Part shown: in pieces, positions 57,674 through 64,000 of the stretch
Numbering within the stretch: the first letter of the stretch is position 1
Layout of the letters: every line of letters begins with the position of its first letter
Assembly: GCA_964648795.1 (NCBI GenBank)
Contig: CAZYMB010000001.1
Coordinates: 62,920 to 126,919, forward strand
Length of the DNA stretch: 64,000 nt
From: an uncultured Acidimicrobiaceae bacterium
GTDB taxonomy: Bacteria; Actinomycetota; Acidimicrobiia; Acidimicrobiales; SZUA-35
Reading direction: 5' to 3'
Position numbers and translations under genes: made by a program
The notes under the pieces: model-generated
Database searches by the model: none
Seen by the model: only the letters and a program-made list of their open reading frames with translations
Told to the model about the DNA's origin: nothing

Positions 57674-57843
57674 CCCCTTAGGATCTCATCTCGATAATGG
57701 CTGAGGCCCTATTTTTAGCCGCCTAGCTATAGGCAATTGCAATTTCTGGGCCATTAGGACTAAACAACGATTTCTAAGTGCCGATGGCGGGTTGTGAGAA
57801 AAAATACGTTGTCTAACAGCTGTGAAATGCTTGGGGGTATCTC

Positions 57844-58932
57844 ATGAAGATCGGCATTATTGCTCCACCATGGGTTCCAGTCCCACCTGTTGCCTACGGA
57901 GGAACCGAACTTGTTATAGATACGTTGGCTCGTGGACTGGCTGTTGCCGGTCACGACGTAGAACTATTCGCCACCGGAGACTCAACTTGCCCGGTGGACA
58001 CTAAGTACCTTCTCGAAGAAGCTGAAGGTCAAAGAATCGCTAACTCATGCATTGAGATTAAGCATCTGATAGCTGGCTACACAGAGCTCGCTAAAGACGT
58101 TGACATTATCCACGACCACACATTGCTAGGCCCTATTTATGGTCCGTCAGTTACTGATACTCCGATTGTTACTACTAACCACTTTCCATACTCAGATGAC
58201 ACACATCTCATTTGGGAGCAGGTTACGCAAGGTCGTGGCAAGATTATTTCTATTTCGCACCATCATGCATCGCTAGCGTCACCTGACACAGTTGTTGACA
58301 CAGTGATTCACCATGGCGTCGACATTAGTCGCTTCCCAGATGGTGCAGGAGAGGGTGGCTACTTAGCTTTCCTTGGTCGTATGGTCACACAAAAAGGTGT
58401 TCATACTGCTGTTGAAGTGGCTCGCAAGGCCGGAATGCCTCTCAAGATCGCAGCTAAGATGCGTGAACCAAGAGAGATCGAGTATTTTGAGAAGCACGTT
58501 AAGCCATATTTAACCTCTGATATCGAATACCTTGGTGAGCTTGGACCCAAAGACAAGTTCGAGCTTCTTTCTGGTGCAAAAGCATTGTTGAATCCTATTC
58601 GTTGGCATGAGCCATTCGGAATGGTGATGATCGAATCAATGGCTTGTGGAACGCCCGTAATTGTGTTCCCGCAAGGAGCTGCTCCGGAAATCGTCACGGA
58701 TGGACTAACTGGCTTTGTTGTTAACAACGAAGATGAAATGGTTAAAGCAGTTGGCAAGGTCGATCAAATTAACCGAAGAGCTTGCAAGTTCGAAGTTGAA
58801 ACGCGTTTCTCAATGAAGCGAATGGTTCAAGACCATGTTGATTTCTACGAAAAAGCAATAGCTGAATCTCACACTCCTGCGGTTGTAGAAACAGAACAAA
58901 TTGACTTGGCAGCTAAGTCAATCAAGCTGTAG
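57844..58932 (+). CDS. GT-B glycosyltransferase (family 4-like)
   Basis: 362 aa. MKIGIIAPPWVPVPPVAYGGTELVIDTLARGL, and the C-terminal EPFGMVMIESMACGTPVI with the E-x7-E motif. Confidence 0.85.
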   Translation: MKIGIIAPPWVPVPPVAYGGTELVIDTLARGLAVAGHDVELFATGDSTCPVDTKYLLEEAEGQRIANSCIEIKHLIAGYTELAKDVDIIHDHTLLGPIYGPSVTDTPIVTTNHFPYSDDTHLIWEQVTQGRGKIISISHHHASLASPDTVVDTVIHHGVDISRFPDGAGEGGYLAFLGRMVTQKGVHTAVEVARKAGMPLKIAAKMREPREIEYFEKHVKPYLTSDIEYLGELGPKDKFELLSGAKALLNPIRWHEPFGMVMIESMACGTPVIVFPQGAAPEIVTDGLTGFVVNNEDEMVKAVGKVDQINRRACKFEVETRFSMKRMVQDHVDFYEKAIAESHTPAVVETEQIDLAAKSIKL

Positions 58933-58964
58933 CCGCACATAATAACTGAATACTCGGTGATACC

Positions 58965-60251
58965 ATGGGTAGGGTGGCACCGATATCTAGACATCTGCTG
59001 AGCGACACATCGCAAGTCGAAGATGGTCGGCTTCTAGTTGGCGGAGTTAGTGTCACCGATTTAGTGGCCGAATTTGGAACACCACTCTTTATATATGACG
59101 AAGACCACATCAAGGCACGTTGTGCCGAAGCAGTCGCAGTGTTTGGTGGGTACGCAACCTATGCGTCTAAAGCTTTCTCTTGTAGGTATATGGCCAAGTT
59201 AGTTACCGACTGCGGCATGGGTATTGATGTTTCAACTGGCGGCGAACTCGAGATAGCACTTCGGGCTGGGGTCAATCCTTCGGTCATCACATTCCATGGC
59301 AATAATAAATCGATCGACGAACTACAGCGAGCGATAACTGTCGGTGTTGGCAAGATCGTGGTTGATTCATTTGATGAGCTTGACCGACTCGAGTACCTGC
59401 ATTCCCAGAACTTGTCAGTCGTCCCGAATATTTTGATTCGGGTAACTCCTGGTGTTAAAGCTGAAACACACAAGTATGTGGCAACGGGCCAAGACGACTC
59501 TAAGTTTGGCTTAACGGTTTCGACTGGCGATGCCCAAGTCTGTATTGATAAGGCAATAGCCTCTCCGGCAGTTAACTTGCTTGGGATTCATGCTCACATT
59601 GGTTCGCAAGTATTTATTGTTGATTCTTTTGTCAAAGCGTTCCGTGTTCTGGCTGACATTGCAGATCCTTATGATTTCGAAGAGATAATAATTGGTGGCG
59701 GTATTGGTGTGCCTTACGTTAATGGGGAGCATGCTCCTTCTATCACCGAGTGGGCAACAGCTGTAACCGAAGAAGCTGAAAGACTTGGTGTTACAGCCAA
59801 AGTCGGGATTGAGCCCGGCCGGTCAATTGTGGCCGCAGCGGGAATGACTGCGTACACAGTTGGAACTGTTAAAAAGATACCTGGGGTGAGAAATTTCGTC
59901 GCTGTCGATGGCGGAATGAGCGATAACCCAAGACCAATAATGTATGACTCAGGCTATGAGACGTTCTGTCCGAACAATATGTCTGATCCACGAGAATTCA
60001 CTGCAAACCTTGTAGGCAAACACTGCGAGAGCGGAGACATCATCGTCGCCGACGCCGAACTGCCTAAGACAATATCGATCGGTGACTTAGTTGTTACACC
60101 GGTGACCGGAGCATACGGGTACGGCATGGCATCAAATTACAACAGCGTTGGTAAGCCTGCGGTTGTCTTTGTGTCTAACGGTGAGGCAAAGTTAGTGCAG
60201 CGTAGAGAAACGCTAGATGATTTGTTCAACACAGATATTTTCGATGGCTGA
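58965..60251 (+). CDS. lysA: Diaminopimelate decarboxylase
   Basis: 428 aa. FGTPLFIYDE, YASKAF (PLP Lys), HAHIGSQ, GGGIGVPY, EPGRSIVA, CESGD. Confidence 0.92.
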   Translation: MGRVAPISRHLLSDTSQVEDGRLLVGGVSVTDLVAEFGTPLFIYDEDHIKARCAEAVAVFGGYATYASKAFSCRYMAKLVTDCGMGIDVSTGGELEIALRAGVNPSVITFHGNNKSIDELQRAITVGVGKIVVDSFDELDRLEYLHSQNLSVVPNILIRVTPGVKAETHKYVATGQDDSKFGLTVSTGDAQVCIDKAIASPAVNLLGIHAHIGSQVFIVDSFVKAFRVLADIADPYDFEEIIIGGGIGVPYVNGEHAPSITEWATAVTEEAERLGVTAKVGIEPGRSIVAAAGMTAYTVGTVKKIPGVRNFVAVDGGMSDNPRPIMYDSGYETFCPNNMSDPREFTANLVGKHCESGDIIVADAELPKTISIGDLVVTPVTGAYGYGMASNYNSVGKPAVVFVSNGEAKLVQRRETLDDLFNTDIFDG

Positions 60252-60391
60252 GTGATTTCTCAGTCATTACCCAGTGTTGTTTGCGTTCTCCTCGGATCTC
60301 TTTGAGCACATAGAACTAGAGCAGGTCTTTAAGTCGGCTTTGAGGTTTAGTGCAACTTTCTAGAATGCTGCGGGTGCTAGTGTCACATGCA

Positions 60392-61726
60392 ATGACTAGC
60401 GAGACCAAACCTGTTTCTTCTTTGACAAACCCAACGGTCAGAATCGGCCTTTTAGGTTATGGAACGGTTGGTTCTTCGCTTGCTCGACTTTTGATTGAAA
60501 GACGTGAGGCTTTACTAGAAGCGTCGGGAGTCAATTTTGAGCTAACCAAGGTAGCGGTGCGGAACCCAGACAAATACGACTTTGACGGCCCGTTTACCGT
60601 AAGTAGTAGTGCCGAGGATGTTGTTACTGATCCTGATGTCGACCTAGTTGTTGAACTAATTGGTGGAATTGAGCCAGCCCGAGAGCTTATCTTGATGGCA
60701 CTAGGTGCTGGCAAACCAGTCGTTACTGGCAATAAAGAACTTATAGCTAATCACGGCTTAGACCTCGCGAAAATAGCCAACTTGAATCAGGTAGACCTTC
60801 TGTTCGAGGCTTCTACTGCCGGAGCTATTCCAATTCTGCGACCATTGCGTGAATCACTGCTGGGCGAAGAAGTGCAGCAGATTGTTGGAATCGTAAATGG
60901 AACAACAAATTACATACTCAGTCAGATGTCAGAGACAGGCGCAGCTTTTGATGATGCTCTAGCGGAAGCTCAGCGACTTGGTTACGCCGAAGCCGATCCA
61001 ACCGCCGATGTCGAAGGCCACGACGCAGCAGCCAAAGCGGCAATCATGAGCTCCATAGCTTTTGGTGGCCACATCCAAGAGGCAGATGTTGCTTGTGAAG
61101 GCATTACCTCTGTCACAGCAGCCGATATTGAAACAGCGAAGAGCCTTGGCTATGTGATCAAGCTTTTGGCTGTTTGTTCTTCTGATAGTCCTGACCGGAT
61201 TTCGGCTCGGGTTGCTCCAACCCTTGTGCCTGTAGGCCACCCACTGGCTGCGGTACGAGGCTCTTATAATGCAGTGTTTGTTAGAGGCTCAGCGTCGAGT
61301 GAATTAATGTTCTACGGGCGAGGTGCCGGTGGACGCCCAACTGCGAGTGCAGTGCTAGGCGACATTGTTGATGCTTCTCGAAATCTTGTGCAGGGAACGT
61401 ATCGTGAACTGCCAAGCCCAAAGTTGTTGGGAGAGCAAGACCCGGGCGTCGATCAAACAAGTTTCTTTGTTGTAGTTGAAGTAGATGACACCCCGGGTGT
61501 GCTTTCTGAAATTTCCGGAGTGTTTGCCAAGCATCAAGTGTCTATAAATAGAGTCGAGCAAACGCCAATTGCTCAATCTGACGAGCAAGATGCACAGCAA
61601 ATGGCACGGATCGTATTTACAACTCAGTCGGCTTCTGAGTCGGCGTTTGCCAATCTGTTCGAAGAGCTAGAAGATTTGACTACCGTCAGTAAAGTTGTCA
61701 CTAAAATACGCATTCTTGACGAGTAG
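60392..61726 (+). CDS. hom: Homoserine dehydrogenase
   Basis: Start moved to the ATG at 60392; the track GTG is at 60350. NAD-binding IGLLGYGTVGSS, NGTTNYIL, GYAEADPTADVEGHDAA, and a C-terminal ACT domain. Confidence 0.9.
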   Translation: MTSETKPVSSLTNPTVRIGLLGYGTVGSSLARLLIERREALLEASGVNFELTKVAVRNPDKYDFDGPFTVSSSAEDVVTDPDVDLVVELIGGIEPARELILMALGAGKPVVTGNKELIANHGLDLAKIANLNQVDLLFEASTAGAIPILRPLRESLLGEEVQQIVGIVNGTTNYILSQMSETGAAFDDALAEAQRLGYAEADPTADVEGHDAAAKAAIMSSIAFGGHIQEADVACEGITSVTAADIETAKSLGYVIKLLAVCSSDSPDRISARVAPTLVPVGHPLAAVRGSYNAVFVRGSASSELMFYGRGAGGRPTASAVLGDIVDASRNLVQGTYRELPSPKLLGEQDPGVDQTSFFVVVEVDDTPGVLSEISGVFAKHQVSINRVEQTPIAQSDEQDAQQMARIVFTTQSASESAFANLFEELEDLTTVSKVVTKIRILDE

Positions 61727-61768
61727 TTAAGTCCAGACAAATACCAATCTCTCATTTAGGATTAGACA

Positions 61769-63208
61769 GTGCTGTACCAATCATCTCGTGGGCAAGAATG
61801 TAAACACCTGAGTGAGATTATCGTTGACGGTTTAGCTCCTGATGGCGGACTCTATTCTCCAATAGAGCTTCCTTCTGTTAGCGATGTTTCAATTCAAGAG
61901 CTGATGGCAACAACATCGGTCAAAGAAGCTATCAAGGGCTTGTTTGATGCGTTCTCACCCTCTTGGCCAGTTAAGGGAGATCTTGACTCTTTAATAGAGG
62001 CAGCGTACTCAGAGTTTAGAATTCCCGAGCTATCTCAGATTAAATCAGTATCACAAGATCTGAGCCTGCTTGATCTAACCCAAGGTCCAACTTTTGCTTT
62101 CAAAGATTTCGCCCTGTGTTTGTTGGGTCCACTACTCGATCACGCTCTAGCCGATAAGAAATCCGGTGACCTGCCTGCAGTTGTTCTAGGGGCAACGTCG
62201 GGTGACACAGGTTCGGCTGCCATCAACGGACTGAAGAACAGTGAGGGCTTTGCAGTCGTCATGTTATACCCGCATGGCAAAGTAAGTGAAATTCAACGTC
62301 GCCAAATGACAACGGTTGCTTCTTCTTCAGTTCATAACTTAGCGGTAGAGGGCTCATTCGATGACTGTCAGGACTTGGTTAAACAAAGTTTCGTCGATAC
62401 AAACCTGAGAAACTCAATGAACTTGATTGCCGTCAATTCAGTCAACTTTGCCAGGGTTCTCATTCAGATTAGTTATTACATTGCAGGTGTCAATCAATGG
62501 AAGACTCAACAGTCCAGTAAGCCAGGTGGGGTAACTGTGCCAAACATAGTGGTGCCAACTGGCAATTGCGGCAACGTTCTGGCAGCCTGGTATGCCAAAC
62601 AACTGGGGGCCGATATTGGCAATATTGTTGTTGCAACTAACGAGAATGATTCGTTCGTCAGGTTCTTAGAGTCTGGTGAATTAAACCATGTTGTCGTGCG
62701 TCAAACCCCAAGCCCCAGTATGGACATTCAGATACCATCTAACTTGGAACGTATCCTTTGGCATTTCAGCGGGCAGGACTCGCAACTAATAGCGTCGCTG
62801 ATGTCCGAGTACAAGACTAATAAGAACGTTAAGTTCCCAGATGAAATCATGGAACAACTTCGTTCGGAATTTATGGCAGGCAGTGCCAGTAATGAAGAAA
62901 CGCTCGACACGATAGCTAAGGTCTATAACGATTATCAAATAGTTATAGATCCTCACACGGCTGCCGGGGTAGCAGTTGCAACAAAGCTGGACAGTGGAGG
63001 TGACAATAGCCACAACATTGTGGCAGAAACTGCAGCACCGGATAAATTCTTGGATGCTGTCTCACAAGCAATCGGCGCTAGACCTGGTCTACACCCACAA
63101 CTTGAAGAGCTACTAGGTAAGTCTGAAAGATACGAGCAAAGTTCAGGCGAATACTCCGAGTTGGTAGACAAATTGTCGAAAGTAGCAAGTTTGCACGGTT
63201 CCCAATAA
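61769..63208 (+). CDS. thrC: Threonine synthase (long form)
   Basis: 479 aa with a GTG start. PLP-lysine motif GPTFAFKDFAL, then ATSGDTGSAA and PTGNCGN. Confidence 0.9.
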   Translation: MLYQSSRGQECKHLSEIIVDGLAPDGGLYSPIELPSVSDVSIQELMATTSVKEAIKGLFDAFSPSWPVKGDLDSLIEAAYSEFRIPELSQIKSVSQDLSLLDLTQGPTFAFKDFALCLLGPLLDHALADKKSGDLPAVVLGATSGDTGSAAINGLKNSEGFAVVMLYPHGKVSEIQRRQMTTVASSSVHNLAVEGSFDDCQDLVKQSFVDTNLRNSMNLIAVNSVNFARVLIQISYYIAGVNQWKTQQSSKPGGVTVPNIVVPTGNCGNVLAAWYAKQLGADIGNIVVATNENDSFVRFLESGELNHVVVRQTPSPSMDIQIPSNLERILWHFSGQDSQLIASLMSEYKTNKNVKFPDEIMEQLRSEFMAGSASNEETLDTIAKVYNDYQIVIDPHTAAGVAVATKLDSGGDNSHNIVAETAAPDKFLDAVSQAIGARPGLHPQLEELLGKSERYEQSSGEYSELVDKLSKVASLHGSQ

Positions 63209-63264
63209 CATTTGAGTATCGCTTAATCAATAATCTTTTTGTCTGTATCACGCAGGAGCTTACA

Positions 63265-64000
63265 TTGTCAGATCAAATATCAACCGACCCATCTATTCTT
63301 GAGAAGAAGGATAAGGCTCAACTTTCAGCCATTGTTACCGCACTTGGAGGAAAGCCAAGTTCCAAACATACTAAGGCCGACCTAGTAGCTGAGATTCAGA
63401 AGCTCTCCGGAGAAGAATTGTCAGCTGACCAGGACGATTCGTCTGATGCGGACTCTTCTGGTGATAGTGGCGAAGAAACTAGCGATGATGTTGACGGGGA
63501 CAGTGCCTCAGATTCACAAGATTCATCAGTCGATCCAGCTAACTCTCGTTATTCAAAGGGCCGTCGCGGTAAGAAGACTCCACGCTCAGAAGCTGGTAAC
63601 GACCAGGTATCGGACAAGTTAGAAAAAGTCTCTGGCTTCTTGGATCTACGTGACGAAGGTTACGGCTTCTTACGTGTCGCTGGGTTCTTGCCTAGTAAGG
63701 ACGATGTGTATGTTTCGGTTAAACAGGTCCGTCAGCTAGAGCTTCGACGTGGCGATCACTTAACTGGTGAGGCTTCAACTCCACACCGTAACGAGAAGAA
63801 CCCTAGTTTCACTAATATCGAAACAGTTAATGGGTCTCGCCCTGAAGATGCAGCTTCTCGACCAAAGTTCGAAGAACTAACTCCGGTTTCTCCGAACCAG
63901 CAGATTGTGTTGGAGTCAGACTCTGACAACGATGCGTTAACTAATCGAGTTATCGATTTAGTTGCCCCAATTGGTAAGGGTCAGCGTGCAGTAGTTAGCG
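63265..64000 (+). CDS. rho: Transcription termination factor Rho, N-terminal part (runs off the window end)
   Basis: Absent from the ORF track because it is open-ended. TTG at 63265 with AGGAG 7 nt upstream. My translation gives a Rho_N-like segment (LSAIVTALGG...KADLVAEIQKL), an acidic insertion, then GFLDLRDEGYGFLRV...VYVSVKQVRQLELRRGD (RNA-binding CSD) and VIDLVAPIGKGQRA. Confidence 0.9.
   Translation, partial: MSDQISTDPSILEKKDKAQLSAIVTALGGKPSSKHTKADLVAEIQKLSGEELSADQDDSSDADSSGDSGEETSDDVDGDSASDSQDSSVDPANSRYSKGRRGKKTPRSEAGNDQVSDKLEKVSGFLDLRDEGYGFLRVAGFLPSKDDVYVSVKQVRQLELRRGDHLTGEASTPHRNEKNPSFTNIETVNGSRPEDAASRPKFEELTPVSPNQQIVLESDSDNDALTNRVIDLVAPIGKGQRAVVS

Overview
The window looks like a tightly packed chromosomal segment from an actinobacterium (Actinomycetota). 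GC content is moderate by eye; I did not compute it. The lineage call rests on several markers: a dnaK-grpE-dnaJ-hspR operon with a HAIR-type operator, clpC, disA, clpS followed by a DUF2017 gene, a small AccE-like ORF after the acyl-CoA carboxylase beta subunit, a LytR_C protein, and lysA-hom-thrC-rho synteny.

I can support about 60 protein genes and one tRNA-Thr(UGU). I see no rRNA, CRISPR array, transposase, integrase or obvious prophage.

Most genes are housekeeping:
- Nucleotide and cofactor synthesis: purA, purB, pyrD, pyrE, nadC, ispD, ispF.
- Amino-acid synthesis: lysA, hom, thrC.
- Proteostasis: the chaperone operon, clpC, clpS.
- DNA and RNA functions: xseA and rho, each cut by a window edge.

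Accessory or poorly explained content, in order along the window:
1. A DivIVA-domain coiled-coil gene carrying five exact-period 33-nt repeats. It is followed by a translationally coupled pair of distant paralogs of unknown family with basic GRP/RGP tails, then an ABC exporter (3.7-9.1 kb).
2. A fusion of trehalose-phosphate phosphatase with a GH15 domain.
3. A block of four unrecognised genes (11.7-15.2 kb), including a fused XRE-HTH/HExxH protein.
4. A Ku-less LigC/primase-polymerase pair with an unknown 159-aa partner and a converging FEN nuclease.
5. A secreted propeller-like protein with three Cys-bracketed modules.
6. A Zn-ribbon protein with a roughly 570-aa acidic disordered tail, sitting between purA and purB.
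7. A lipoprotein-like ectodomain/TM/HAD fusion upstream of disA.
8. A small glycan-assembly cluster with a split Alg14/Alg13-type glycosyltransferase.

Non-coding points: the three dyad elements upstream of dnaK, an 18-bp perfect palindrome upstream of pccB, and ten convergent gene junctions that leave 31 nt or less (several leave zero, or overlap) for termination.

No known defence or mobile system is recognisable. The most plausible candidates for undescribed biology are the paralog pair at 5313-7207, the orphan block at 11726-15208, and the 159-aa partner of the ligase/primase-polymerase pair. All family assignments come from motif recognition by eye and need database confirmation.
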